From the NCBI GenBank assembly GCA_000934665.2, contig KZ538533.1, positions 1-63,682 on the forward strand: a stretch of DNA of 63,682 nucleotides, read 5' to 3'. Origin of the DNA: Catajapyx aquilonaris (Eukaryota). Of the stretch, positions 47,801-61,914 are shown piece by piece (the stretch's first letter is position 1; each line of letters begins with the position of its first letter). The notes below the pieces were generated by a model, which was not told where the DNA came from, did no database searches, and was given only the letters and a program-made list of their open reading frames with translations. The position numbers and the translations under genes were made by a program.

Positions 47801-50800
47801 CTCAGGTATCAATAGAGTTTGCAAAAGCGGTTGGTGCAAGGCAAATCTTCCTAAACTGGACTGTTGAAACAGGAAATTCGCCAGTGCAGCAGTACTTCAT
47901 TCAGGCATGGCGAAAATGATATTTCTCAAACAATGAACTAGTGGCACTGACGACTGCTGACTTTTCCCTCTCTTTTACTTGCAAAACAGAGGATGAAGAA
48001 TGGATCAAACATGTGGTTGCACAACCAGGAACCCATACCAGGGGACCGCACCAGCTTCATCCTCAAAAAACTAGACCCCTCCAGCACCTACAACATCCGG
48101 CTTCAGGCAAAGAATGAGGTGGGAACAGGAGAGGTGTATACATTTCCCCACACGATCTCAACTCTGGAAAAGGATCCTGTGGTGGTTCCGGATCTAGCAG
48201 TCAAAGGCTACACCCCTGAATCAATAACTGTTGGTTGGACGAGCCCTCCTGCAGAGTTAAGAGAGTATGTGCACTACTACCAGCTGGCAGTTCGTTACAA
48301 CGTGACTCAGAGAGAGGCAGTGCAGCATGCCTATGGCCTGAACCTGTACCTGTTCGCTGACCTGAGACCAGCGGCAATGTATTTCTTCAAGGTAGCTGCT
48401 TGCAGTGAATGGACCAAATCATGCGGAAATTGGTCCAAGGAAGTGAATGGGACGACAATGGATGGAGGTAAAGGAAATCAATACACCAAATTTTCCACCA
48501 TTTAATTTTTAATTGTGCATTTCAATTCAAGTACTAGACGCATAAAACCTTATAGGGGACAACCTAAACAGTAGTAAAACTGAGTTTTCGTCATTTTCTC
48601 CTGCATTTTCAGTGTCAGGACCACCCCACAATGTTACTGTGTCATGCAAATTTGACAACATAAGCCGCACCAGCTTTGTGTACACTTCATGGGATCTACC
48701 CTTGCAGCCGAATGGGGTCATCACGCATTACAATGTATGTCATTCTTGGGAGATTATCTAACTGCACGTTACTACAACACATGCTTGTTTATTACTTCCT
48801 AAAGGTTATCTTGCAAGGATGGGCTGATTTCATGGGTGCAGCAGGCTACCTGGAGCAAATTTCCTGGGGACCGAAAATCAAAAATGTGGATGGACAGGAA
48901 AGAAATGCAAGATTTGATGTTGTTCCACCGAATACCAATTACACCGTACAGGTATTTGTCCTTGTAGTAATGAATATAAGTCACAGCGCAGTTGTAGCTG
49001 ACACAACTACATTCATGTGCAGGTTTGTGCTGTAACTCGAAGTCGAAAATGTGGTCATGTGTCCCAATCTCGGTGCTCGATGCCGCCAACTGTACCTGAG
49101 AAGGACCAGTTGTCTCATTTTAACTGGACCAAAACTGAGCAGCATGGGAAGTGGGTTTTTCGCCTCTTTGTGCCACGCGTATCAGAGAGGAATGGGCCTA
49201 TATGCTGTTACAGGTACTATACACACCCAAATTTTGGAAACTAGCAAATTATATTTGAGGAATTGGTAGTAATTATTATTATTGCAATGGGTTTTACTTT
49301 CAGGGTTGTGTTGGTTCGCATGCAAGCATGGCAGAGTGTGACTGAATTGCCATCGCCTGAAGATCTACAGCTTTCCACTTACGAGGAGGTGCACAACAGA
49401 CCTGATGGATGGGGAGCATATGTGGCCGAGATGTTTGAGAGGTAATGATGCCACTTTTTAACACTGCTATTATTTAATGGAATTCTGGTAAAAGTGGATC
49501 AAAATGACGTGTTAAGATTGTTATTCTGATGGCTAAACCACCATGACAGGGTTGTATGTCGTCAGTTCAGGAAACTGATGAGTGAACCGGAATATTCAGT
49601 TGCTAAATATAACGATTTGAGAAATTAGGACAATTTATTATTGTGAAACTCGAGGTTAGGTAGCAGAGATATACTGCATTTATGCAGATGAAAAAAAAGC
49701 GTCGTATCACATTGTTTGTAATGGGATACCCATCGAAAGCTAATTTGATTGTAGTGAGCCTCCTTCTGAGATAGTGTAGCTCACTACAATCAAATACATA
49801 AAATACTTTTTAGTTGAAAAAATTAACATGGCAATTTATGAGCTGCAACCTTTGCAGCCTACATAATTTGGCATGCCAAGAATTTTCCTGGTTGCTGCCT
49901 GGATTATATTTATGCACAGTAGCCCACAGTAGATGCGCAGTGCACTGCTGCTTTAAACCTAAAATCAGCCCTGTTTACCACATTTGCTGGTCCAATGTAT
50001 TTGCGTCACACTAAGTAGGAAACAGGAAACCAGAAAGCGATAAGTGCGCAATCCATATCTTCTCCCATGTTTAGACCTCTGTCTTTTCTTGCAGTGACCA
50101 TCTGAACAACCAGGTGATACTTGGTGATGGCTACTCTCTGAATGTGGAGAGTCCCCAGTGCCAGCTGTGTCTGCATCACCTGCCAGTCTTCCCATCTCCC
50201 CATCCCAATCACCCTCATCATTACTTCCCGCCCCAACCCTCAGAGATCCCTTCTGAACCCACCACGCCCCAGTCGGTACTGCAGCCAACAGCAGGAAGTG
50301 AATCCCCAGAAGTGTCACCTATGATAGTGGAGGATGCTGAGGTTGTGACACAGCCCCAGCCCAGTTTGGTGGAGCAGAGGAAGAGAAGGGAGCTGGTGAC
50401 TGGAGGGAGAGACGACGCTGCTTTTGGTGTGCAGGATGGTGATCTGAAGACTGACCGGAACTACACTGGCTTTGTGGAAATAATTGGTGAGAACTATAAC
50501 ATGTGCATGTGTTTGTCATTGGGAAATTATAATATTGAAACCTGTATTTCAGCAATAGTTCATGCAAAATCTTATTTTTGTCCAAATGATTTGGTGCAAA
50601 AGTTAAGTCAACTTTCTAGATCTTGATTCATGTGTGCAGTTTTTTCAAATAACATTGGAATAGTTATGCTTCTAGCTTTCTTTCCTGTTGATAAGAGTTC
50701 TGATATGCAACTTTTACGTGGTTGGTAAGCCAACGTCAGTACAGTGGTTGGGGAGGGACTGCTGACCTTGTGTTGTGACGCATGAACACTGAACATATTA

Positions 50801-53800
50801 TATGACATTTTCTGAGCTTAGCTGCAATGCCATTCCAGTTTTGAACCAGGAAGGCTCTCCATTGAAGGCTCACAGTGCATACTTCTCCCCGATGATTCCT
50901 GGTCCAAGCCTCGTCTTAACTGAGGACAATGCGCTGCTAGTGGCCATCACAGCCACTGTTCTCTGTGGCCTGCTACTGCTGGTTTTACTTTTACTGGTTG
51001 TCTTTTGCGTCTTGAGGCAGTCAAAGAGGGTTGCCGGAGATGTGGATCGCACCGAAATGTCGATCCGATCGTCCATCAGGTATGGTTATAGAGGTCACTC
51101 TCTTCAGTCAAGTTCACCCTGATTATCTGCAACCATAAGATAATTTTAACTGTAATTCTGACTAGATTATTTTGAAGTAATAGATCATTGAATTGACTTA
51201 GTCAGGAGTGTATATGTGTGCAGTATTTTCCTCACTGTTGTTTGTGCATTGAAGTCCGCCTTACCTAATGACCAAGCCCCGAGCATAAAGAGGGAAACTA
51301 AATTGGGGTGTTGCAAAATTATTGCCCCTTGACATGAGATTGGTTCTGATTGGCTGTATTTTTTTGTGTGGCTTTCCCCCCACCCCTGCCACCCTCTTCC
51401 TCTTCGGTTCCCTTGGGAAGGCCTGCTGTGTTTTACAGGACCCTGTGCCGTACCCTGAGGGGCCGCCACGTCTTGGTCCCATCAACACCTCCGGACATGG
51501 CTCCTATTGCCAAGGATGACCTGGTTGGCGCTTATGTTGAACGCCACCGAGACTCGGATTATGGTTTCCAGCAGGAATTTGAGGTAGGGAGCTAGGGTAT
51601 GGGCTGCATTGTGCACTGTAGTTTTATGAAAATGTCATTTAGTTTCACATACTTGGGAGTTTTGTGCGTTTGGTCCAGTTCATGTATAGCTTGACGTGTG
51701 CTTAACAGAAGTGAGATGTTATTGTGTGTTACGATTTACCATGCCAAAAAAACTGCTTTTGTGGTTATTGTGACAGCTTTTGCCAGAATGTATAGGAAAA
51801 CCATTGCAGAATAATAATTTTCGATTCCCAAAGGGTAATGTATTACCAACATGGGACGTTAGAGGAACAGTTGATAGGCTTTCACTTTGCAGATGAACAT
51901 TTTCTGTTCAGGATATTTATAGATCCTAGATGCATGTGAATCACCGGAGATTCCCATTCATCATGGCTGACATCTTGAAGTTACTTTGGGCCTCCCAGAG
52001 AAATAATGCAGTTCATCGATATGTTGCCATACAGGCACAAATAACAATTTTCCCTTATAATATGAAAGGTTGACACACACACACACATGCAGGGTTCCAC
52101 TCTTCAACATGCTTTGATTCTATGACAGTGGATGAAACAAGAGCCCGCCTTGAATTTTGGAAGTCCACACAATTTTTTAAGTGGCGTTGATTTTAATGAT
52201 TTAATTGTATAAAGCTTATGTGTTCCTAGTATTTATTAGCCTTCTAATGTAATTTGCTCCTCTAGATGCTTCCAGATCGCTTCCCTGATCGCACAACAAG
52301 GGCATCTGAAGCCCGTGAACACATATCGAAGAACCGCTATCCTGACATCAAGGCATATGACCAGACCAGAGTGAAGCTTTCAACCCACTCCAGTAATAGC
52401 ATCAGCTCTGATTACGTGAACGCCAACTTTGTGGTGGGATACAAGGAGCGCAAGAAGTTCATATGTGCTCAGGGCCCCATGGAAACCACACAAGTTGACT
52501 TCTGGCGCATGGTATGGGAGCAGCGTGTGGAGCTCATCCTCATGCTGACTAACCTGGAAGAGTACAACAAGAGCAAGTGTTCCAAGTATTGGCCTGATGA
52601 AGGCAGCAACACTTGCGGGGATCTCACCATTTCCTACGTCAGTGAGAAGAGGTTTTCTGGTGAGTGATTCAGAAAATGTGAAATGTAGCGTAGGGAAAGG
52701 GCAGCTAATCGTTATCTTTTTTTTCTGGCAACAGACTATGTGGTCCGCAACCTGAAACTGTCCAAGCCACCACAGTCTGCCTTCCAATCAGCGACAGGCA
52801 ATGGACCCATGTCAACCTCCCCCAGCAATGTGGACATTGAGAAGGATGGTAACGGCCCAGTGTCTGGGGAGGCCTGCTCAGACCTGGTGGTAGATGGAGA
52901 TGCCCACGCCAGCATTGTGAATGCTGCTGAGACAAATGGTGGAATCACCATTGTCAGTGCTGGTGGCGGAGACAGCGTGAGAAGCAGTGCACCCTCATCT
53001 CCAGCAGGTCCTCGTGAACGTCCCCTGGTGCAGTATCACTACCTGGTGTGGAAAGACTTCATGGCGCCTGAGCATCCTGCAGGGATCCTCCGTTTTGTGA
53101 AACGTGTTGGGGAGGTGTGCTCGCAGGGGAACCAGGGCCCTGTCCTGGTGCACTGCAGTGCTGGGGTGGGCCGCACTGGGACACTAGTGGCCCTGGACTC
53201 TTTGCTGCAGCAACTGGCCGAGGAAGGAGAGGTGGCCGTCTTCAACACTGTGTGTGAGCTGCGGCACCAGCGTAACTACCTCGTGCAATCACTGGTCAGT
53301 TGCATCAGTTTAGGCTGCTCCTTTACCCATGCTGGCTAGTGTTCTTAATGGCTAAAGTGTATATCTTCCACCCCATCCAACCATGCAGAAGCAATACATC
53401 TTCATCTACCGCTCGTTAATGGAGATGTCACAGTTTGGAGACACAGAGATTGAGATCACCAAGCTGAAGGTCACCCTGGAACGCCTGCGTGCCCGCTCTA
53501 ATGGGAAGGAGAAGGTTCCGCTGGAAGAAGAGTTTCAGCGCCTGTCCCAAGTTCTGGAGGATCGAAAGTCCTTCTCAGTCGGGGCAGGGCCAGAGAATGC
53601 CCCCAAAAACCGGGGTGGTGGAGTGATTCTACCGTATGACCGCAACAGAGTCATCCTCACTCCAATTCCAGCGAGAGAGCATTCCACTTACATCAATGCA
53701 AGTTTTGTGGAGGGATACGACAATAGCGAATCCTTCATCATCGCACAAGACCCCCTTGAGTGCACCTTGGGGGATTTCTGGAGGATGCTTGCTGAACAGG

Positions 53801-54584
53801 GAATCTCCACACTTGTCATGCTGTCTGATGTAAGTCTTTGAAAGGTTGCTTTTCTGTTCTGAAACCATCTGAAGTGATTTTCTGCTTTCCACTAAGGGAC
53901 AGTTGTGTTTGTGTCAACAAGTGCTTTTGTATGTGCATGAATTTCAAGTGTTCCTTTTCCTCCTATTAGTTGGGTGAGGGCGAGGGCAAGTGCCCACGTT
54001 ATTGGCCCGAACCAGATGCGGAAGCTACGTATGAGCACATCCGTGTCCGATACCTGCAAAGTGAGAGCTGCCCGTATTACACATGGCGGGAGTTTGCAGT
54101 GAGTAACACCAAGACGGATGATGGGGTGGTGGTGACCCAGTTCCAATACCACGGCTGGCCCATGGGAGACGGAGAGGTTCCTGAGGTGACTCGGGGACTG
54201 GTGGACCTGGTGGATACCACCCAGAAGCATCAGGAGAAGCAGCCCACTTCAGGTCCCATCGCTGTCCACTGCAGCAGTGGGACTGACAGGAGTGCCATCT
54301 TTGTTGCTCTGGCCATCCTGGCACAGATGATTCGCACTGAGGGGAGACTTGACGTGTTCACCATCGCTAGGAAGCTCAGGTCCCAGCGCCAAGGGCTTCT
54401 CAGGAATTTTGTAAGTAAATTGGCAAATGGTGCACACCCTCGCTTGGTTAATTTGTGCAGCGTGATCGTCCTGCCAGCAGAATTAACTAACAAGCATTGT
54501 CTTTTCCAGGCACAATACGAATTCCTGTACCGCGCCGTTGTGACATACGTCGAGCTTCACAACTTATTGGAAGATGACTTGTGA
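41892..54584 (+). CDS. Ptp69D: Receptor-type tyrosine phosphatase 69D-like (signal peptide, 2 Ig, 3 Fn3, membrane-proximal region, TM, D1 and D2 PTP domains)
   Basis: 18 exons: 41892(or 41919)-41973, 44552-44914, 47125-47266, 47445-47596, 47795-47904, 47990-48467, 48613-48734, 48805-48951, 49023-49213, 49304-49441, 50095-50486, 50839-51079 (TM), 51439-51583, 52266-52659, 52735-53294, 53389-53829, 53970-54410, 54510-54584. Motifs: RVSERNGPICCYR, HRDSDYGFQQEFE, KNRYPDIKAYDQTRVKL, WKDFMAPEHP, VHCSAGVGRTG (D1) and VHCSSGTDRS (D2). Confidence 0.95.
45575..45849. mobile_element. MITE family B, longest copy (275 bp), in Ptp69D intron 2
   Basis: TIRs TGGACATTAATTCCGTCATACTCCTAGCGACATTTTC / GAAAATTTCGCTAGCAGTATGATGGAATTAATGTCCA. 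Confidence 0.85.
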
Positions 54585-56328
54585 GCTGCATTTCTCGGGG
54601 AGGGAACAAACAATGCTCAACTCTAAAGGAGAGAATAGAGAGAGAGAAATTAAGAGTTAAATGAAGGGTGCGTGTAATACCAAAGCAATTTTTTCCAAGG
54701 CGAGTCGAAGAGAGAGAGACATGAATCTCAAGTGTGGGCCATTGAAAGTCACTTCCTTATTTTTAATTTTGTAACCCCTCCCAACTTCCTTCCTGTTAGT
54801 GCCATAATCAGGCCAGTACATTCCCAGTGGTCGTAGGGAACAACATTTTCCATGGCTTTCCATTTGTTTAGGACCCTCTGCAGAGCCAGTAAATTGGGTC
54901 AGCTTTTTCGCCAAATGCCTCCCCGCCCCATCCATTCTTGCGTTGATCACGACCGTGTTTTTCACTCCTATGGAGTAAAATGCAGCCACAGCACTTCAGT
55001 TTCCTGTCGCAGGCAGTTTGCTCAGTTCTTTCCAGCGTTGCAAGTCTGGGTACCCAATGCTTGGCTCTGCAGGCTGCCATACATATTAACGCTTGTTTCC
55101 AAAGTGGCCCCATATACAAAGACTTGAATCTCCAGTTATAGCGTTAGGGAGTTACTACTTCAGTTCATTTACTTTTACAAGTAGCCTTCCATGTGTACTA
55201 ATGTGTACAGAGCATGTATGTGTAACATGCGTCAAGTCATTTTGCTTTCCACCCCTCCCCCAAGCATGGATTTTTTGGGAAAACGGTAGGGCAAGGGTGT
55301 AGGTAGGACCAGGCAACACTTTTTACTGTGTGGTGTGTGTCGGCAGACAAGCTGCAAAGTTCGGAATTGCAATGAAGTGAGCTCATGTACAGCATTTTAC
55401 GTTCCAGTGTCTCCCGGAAGGAGAAAAAAAATTCCATTCCAAGTGCATGTAATTATATCATTTTTATTTGCGGAACCGAAGCCAAAGGGAGCCATTTTTT
55501 CCTGCGTCATTCGCTCATGCGAGGGGCCGGACAATTAGGCAAATCTTGGGGGAATCTCATGTGTTCATTGGACGAACCCTCCAATGTAAATGGGTACATC
55601 TATGTGAATCTCTTACATTTTTGTCTGACTGCCCGACCCCTTGCGCTCATGCATTACCATACGAGTATGTACGTAACGTGTGTGTATGTGTTTGTGCCTG
55701 TTTTATACCCAGTAGTAGCCAAATGCATTTATGTCCCCCCCCCTCAAGTTTCTAAAACGATGTAATATGAATCTCATCCCATCCCCCTGCTTATTTTTTA
55801 TCTGTTTGTTAGTTTTGTACACTTTTTATAATGGTGACTGAAGGAGTTGTTGTCATGTGGAGTATGTAAGATGTGTGGGGAAAGGAGGGAACTACAAGTC
55901 AAAAGCACTCTAAAAAGGGAGTTTGCCGATTTAAAAGGGCCAAACCAAGCTTTTGTTTAAGTTTGTGTGTTTTGTATCGCTTCGTGTCGTCATTCTCCTC
56001 GTGTATTTATTGACTGCTTTTTTGTGAATAACAGATCTGATTGAACCTCTGGATTTTATTTGTAGCCGTAGATTTTCTGAGCGTACTCTTCCAGTGCCTG
56101 TGCTTCAAGGTGTATACCTTGCTATGCTTTCATAGTAATCAATAGGCAGCCCCTGGTGGCAGTAATACCAACTACTCCACACCATCTTTTGGATGGAAGT
56201 AGAACTACTTTCTGGTTGTTGATGAGGTTTGTTTGCTTCCAATGGTATCAAGCTTCTTCAGACTGATTTTGTGACAGTCCGTCCACATGTAGAGTTTGAC
56301 AGTGTGGTGACAGCTGTGCCTTACCGGG

Positions 56329-58243
56329 ATGTCCAGCACCAAGACTAGTCCAGTTAGAAAACAGGTCCGTCCAGGGTCTGCGGGAGGGTCGTCTACGAGC
56401 GGTGAGCATGTCCGGCGTTGCAAGGCGGCTTACCACTGCATCAAGCCCTCAGTTGGGGATGACCTGGAGTCCAGGGAGGAGCTCACACAAGGTAGCTGAC
56501 ACTCAATGTAGCTACCTAGTTGACATTACCGCTGATGCTTTCTTTTAAGCTCTGCGTTATGCTGGATGCCACCCGACTCCTGCCGTCCTGCAGCAGCTAT
56601 GGCCAGCCGGAAGCAAGCAGCCAGTGACTTTTTCAGCGTTTTGTGATGCAGTCTACTCCCAGGCGAAATTAACTCAGAGGGGGCTGGAAGAGCTGTTTGA
56701 GGCGCTCAGGATATGTGAAGGAGGTGCTGTCGATTTGGAAACACTCGCCACGCAACTCACAACTGTCAGTAGTACTCTTTCCTGAAGGTATTTGCTGTTG
56801 TTGTGAAGCTAACTTCTTTTTCCAATGCAGAAAGGTGACAAGTTGAGTCCAAGTGAGCTGAAATTAGCCTTCGATGATGCTCCAATCACGCCAACTGGCA
56901 AGCTTGACTATCGTGAGTTCTGCCAGCGCATCCTCCAGACTGCCAATGAGGTCAAGTTGCTATCAGAGCGCAACATGGAATTGCGAGAGGAACAGATGCG
57001 CATAAACACCAAGACATTTGTGGTCCGTAAACGTGACCGCACCAAGTTAAGCCCATCCCGGAGCTTGGATCAGACTGACTCCTGGGACGCCCTTGCCTCC
57101 AAAGGCTGCCTTTTTGTGGAGTCTGAATCTTCCATAATTGGCCACCAGTATACCTTGGATGTGGCCATGCCCACTCAAGTCCACATTTCAGTCCGGCCAA
57201 CCACATCACGTGTGGATACTAGGATGTGCATATATAGAGAGGAGTCTGGGCGGCAGTTGGTGGGTGTTACCATGGTTGAACAAAAATACCGTGCTTGGGG
57301 TGGTCGGATTGAACCTGGCCGCTACCATTTGGTCCCATTCACGACTGGATGTCACTTGAAGAAACGAGGAAGTGATAATGCTGAGCCAGTACCACTTGTT
57401 GATGTCAAGGATAACATTAGCCTTACACCTCGATTTAAAGATGTGCTCAAGTCCGTCTTTGACCAGGTAATACCATGGATGAAATGTATTTTGCAATTTG
57501 ATTACCACGTTTCTAATAAACCAGGTTGATCTTGACTCCAATGGACTGCTGAACCGTCATGAGTTTAATCTGTTCAACTGGCGCACCTCAGGCGAGGAGG
57601 TACGAGATGAAGAGTGGGGTGTACTGGAAGAAAACTTCCACCTGGAAGATGGCCAGCTCACCCTGGCCAGCTTTCTCGACCTTCACCAGATGGAGGCAGA
57701 GGACAATGCTGGTGACCCCCGTGAACTTTGGGTCACCCTCTCTCAGATGGGCTTCAGCAAGAGCCTGACCCAGGATGAAGCCTGCCCTTTCCTGGTTGAG
57801 GTCAGGACTGAGGTACCTGGATCTGCTGCCCTGCAGGTGTCAGCCATGAAATCCACGGGGCTGCAGATGGCCTTGGTTGGTCTGATGATGGAGCAGGCTG
57901 AATCCAGAGCTCTCAGCTCTGGCGAGGCAAAGGTGTTGCTGTATTCTTACCGTGATGATGACACTGCAGCACTCATGGTGGAGAACAAGGCTGCTGTGCC
58001 AGTCAGAGTAGACATTGATTGCAGTGGTAGTATCAACTGCGTCACCCATCAGACGTCTCTTGTGTGGAGAGAGGAGATCCCAGGGAAGAGTGTTATGGTG
58101 AGAAACATAATTGTTACCTACTCATTTATTGGCATGCCAATGTATTTACTGTTTCTGTGTTCTTATAGATTGCCCACTATTTGATGCCCGAAGTGGATTC
58201 TCTGGATTGGACCGTAGACTGTAAAGCAACGCTGATGAAATAA
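56329..58243 (+). CDS. EFCAB7: EF-hand calcium-binding domain-containing protein 7
   Basis: Exons 56329-56491 (RCKAAY), 56550-56764 (ALRYAGCHP), 56831-57466 (GKLDYREFC; GRYHLVPFTTGCHLKK), 57525-58097 (DLDSNGLLNRHEFNLFNWRTSGE; FLDLHQMEAEDNAGD..ELWVTLSQMGF...LTQDEACPF), 58169-58243. All splice in frame. Confidence 0.88.
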
Positions 58244-59256
58244 TTAAGCCCGCTAATGATGGGTGTTAGGAACTGCTATTTTGGGCTGCTGATTGAGTTT
58301 ACATGCACAATACCAATTACAATCTTTACATTTTATTCATTCCCAACTGTGGTGTAATATAGCAGCTACTACATATAATTGGGCACCTTGAACAGGGTGC
58401 AAAAAGCTATACAAAAATAACAACCTTGGAAGAAATTTGCAAGAAAGGTCTCGGATACTAGGAACACACTGTATTACATACTGGAAAGGCATGACCACAG
58501 ATCTAATGAATCAGTCTATGGAAGATGGGAAGAATAATCTCCTTCCTTCTACTGGTAAAAAAATAGGCACCAGAAATGCTCTCGCTCTTTCTCTCTCTGT
58601 GTGTTCTGGGAACAGCACCAGAAACGGCAGCTAAAGACACTGGCCATTGATGGATTCAAATGGGAATGTGTCTTTATAATGTAACGCATCTGCCAGAACA
58701 AGGCTTGATGAACCGTTTCTAAAGAAAACATGCATATAACATTTCTGCTACAACTGATATAGCACAAGACTGCACAAGTTAATCAAAGAATTCTCGACAT
58801 TCCTTAGCCCATTTATTTTTTACATCTAATGTGGTACTGTAGGTGGCTGCTTTGGGTGGCTGCAAGTGTATTTTTCCTTAATAAACACATGACCCAAATG
58901 CCCCACTCTCATTTCGGATCTCTAGTGTTTGCAGGGCTTCAAGTTGGCGGGCATTGTTGATGGTATCGCCCGTGCTATTGCAAGTTCCATCGTCATGACG
59001 ACATATTTTCCTTCCCTTCCTTCAGTTGACTGGGTCAAGTAAGGAACAAAATTATCGCGGGGATTGCATCAGCTGGTCAGGAGGAGGTGTGCTGACCCAC
59101 TGCTGACCCTCTCAAAGCTGGTGAGTCCCGTCCCGTCCTCCTGTTGCCGAGACACACGTGTCATTACACATTCTGGCCCGAAATCCTCCTTCATGTGAGG
59201 GTGGTGAGGCTTATTAGGGATTGGATTGATTCTAGTGCTGTCCATTGCTAGGAATT

Positions 59257-61097
59257 ATGAAGGGACTGGCCGTGCTGTTCCTGGGGCTGCTCCAGACGTG
59301 CTGGGCTGGCTACGGATGGAACACTGGGTCAGGCGAGAAGGTCCTCCTGAGCGACGTCAAGGTGCTGACCCTCTACCACGGGCGCATGACCACAGGGAGA
59401 CGCTCCAGCCCAGTCTCACAGCTGCAGTGTGTTGGAGGGAATGCGGCGCATGAGTTCGTGCCCCAGGTGGTGCAGTGCCACAATCAGGGCTCAGACGGAC
59501 AGGACGTGCAGTGGGAGTGCAAGACTGATATGGACAACATCTACCGGTTTGGAAAGATTGAAGTCGTGTGCGAGGGTTACGAATATGCCGATGACCCTTA
59601 CATTCTTAAAGGATCTTGCGGGGTGAGTGCCTCACAGCCTATCTGTGCAGACAAGAGGTTGTAAGTCTGGCCTACTTTTATGACGTGTGAAGGTGTTTTT
59701 GCAGAGTACTTGCATGGGATATGATGCAGCAAAGTGATGATGCATCATGTCCTTTGCACTTGGTACTCCATAGACATTTTTTTTTTTTTAATGGACCAGT
59801 CTAGGTGCAATATTAGGATCCGTAGACGAGACATATAGGAGATAATGCATTGTGTTTCAATTAATTTTTGTTTTTTATTGCATGGTGTAGTTGGAGTACA
59901 CTCTGGACCGAACAGGTAAAGGCTACGAAAAGCACGACTCTTACGGCGGTGGGAGCTATCAGAAGCCATACAACCAGTACTCGGATCATCACTATACTGG
60001 AAAGAGCAGTGGATTGAGCAACATCATTATCCTGTTGGCTGTGCTAGGAGTCATGTATGCATTGTACAGGACCTGCGTTGCACCTGCTATGATGACTGAT
60101 CGAAGGTAAACCACTTTTGGCTTTAGTAATGTTGTGTCAGATTCCGAACTGTTAATGAGCTTGCAAACAAAACACCTCAGCATACACAATAATGATTCTA
60201 TGTCTGATGCTGCTTATCTGTCGGTATAGGGCCAGAATATCTTGATCCAGCAGTGACACGAATATTCACACTGTGACTGGCAGGAAATAATCTTGGATTT
60301 GAATAAGTTGTGTCATGCTCATGTCATATCTATTTCTGCCCATTTAAGCCGAATCTTCCATGTTCATTTCGGATTTGCTTATTTTTGTTAGTCAGCAGCA
60401 ATACCTTCATTCAAAACTGCCTCCCTACCAGGAATATATGTGAATCCCCACAAGTTAGTCATGGTGTTCACTTTTTCAGCTCGACTAATGACGATTATCC
60501 AGATAACTCCATGGGTGGTGGTGCTGGTGGTGCTGGTGGTGCTGGAGGGTGGCGCAGACCATCAGCCCCTCCACCTCCTGGCTTCCGTGATGGCTACACA
60601 GCAGGAGGAGATAGTTGTGGGAGCCAGGCCGGCTACCAGGGATCAACAGCTGGTCTTGGTGGCAGGAATGCTGGAGGCGGTGGTGGATTCTGGACTGGGA
60701 TGTTTACTGGAGGAATGCTGGGATACATGTTTGGAGGAAATCGAAATGAGTATATATCAATTTTATTGTGGAAAAGAATATATTGTATTGTGGGAGAAAG
60801 CCAACATGGGTGCAACCAAGGGAAGCCTTTTGTTTCCTTTAGAACTTGCGAATAATGTTCCATTTGAAGTATGGTATTACTGCAGCATATTATTAGAATA
60901 GTTTTTACCATATTCATGACTAGAATATGTCACTTCAATTCTCTTTTAGCACTGGTTATGGCACTGGATATGGATATGGCACACGTCCAAGATACTCTCA
61001 ACCTTATACTGGATCCAGTGGATACTCCTTTGGGTCTAGTTCATCAAGTTCAGGGTCTCGAACAGCTTCTGGTTTTGGTGGGACAAGGAGGAGGTGA
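59257..61097 (+). CDS. SARAF: Store-operated calcium entry-associated regulatory factor (SARAF/TMEM66)
   Basis: Exons 59257-59622 (signal peptide; VLLSDVKVLTLYHGRMTTGRRSSPVSQLQCVGG...DVQWECK...CEGYEYADDPYILKGSCG), 59891-60105 (LEYTLD; TM), 60480-60749 (PPPPGF; GGFWTG), 60950-61097 (SGFGGTRRR*). Probable 5'UTR intron 59121-59251. Confidence 0.95.
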
Positions 61098-61914
61098 ACA
61101 GGACTGCTGCATTTTTTGGGGGTTTATACCACTGATATTGTAATCAGAGAGTGATTGGAACTATTCTGATTACTTTGCATTGCTTTCTTTTGGGGTTTTA
61201 ACCTAGTCATAAAATATCAAATTTACATGTATATGGCAGTTACACTGCTCTGGCTTGAATTCAGAACTGAAAATATGTTTCTACATCACTGACGGATTTG
61301 ATGATTGTAATATTCTACTAACTTTGAGTGTGTCGAAACCACAACCTTATATTTTTCAGGTAGTATTCTGTATTGTACAAGTGAATTCTTCATTTTCTGA
61401 TTCTCCCATGAGAGGCTTGATGGTATATTTTCTTATATTCTACCCTACGTAAAGTCACACTGACTTAAAACAAAGGTGGTCCTTTTGACTGCTGCGTGAG
61501 TCACTCCACTTTAGAGCACTTTATGTGCATGGGAAAGTTGTTTCACAACTTCGCAAGTATACAACTATTGTGATACTGCGCATTCAGCTGTGGTATTCTT
61601 GACAACTGCAACTCCAGTACTGGAGATGTAATAGCCATATCAAAGACATACTCTGTGACTTGTAGACATGGCACTGGAGTCTTAGTTGCATGAATCCGTA
61701 GGGGATGTGTAAGAGGTTTTTGTACATATTGTTAACGGATTGTTACTTATTAGCCCTTCCGGCATTATGTTTGATACCTCAGTGTACCATCAGGAGCAAA
61801 AGGTAGACAGACACTGAGAAAGCTACCATGGTAGCATGAAAAAACAATATCTGGACAAAGTGTGGTTGGTCCAGCCCTGTGACACATCCAGCCTAGCCCT
61901 GTGTTGACGGCAGT

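Noticed and set aside
52735..53294. WKD in place of the WPD loop, a low-complexity insert in D1, and a degenerate D2 motif
   Set aside because: These are known traits of the Ptp69D family and of receptor PTP D2 domains, not novel.
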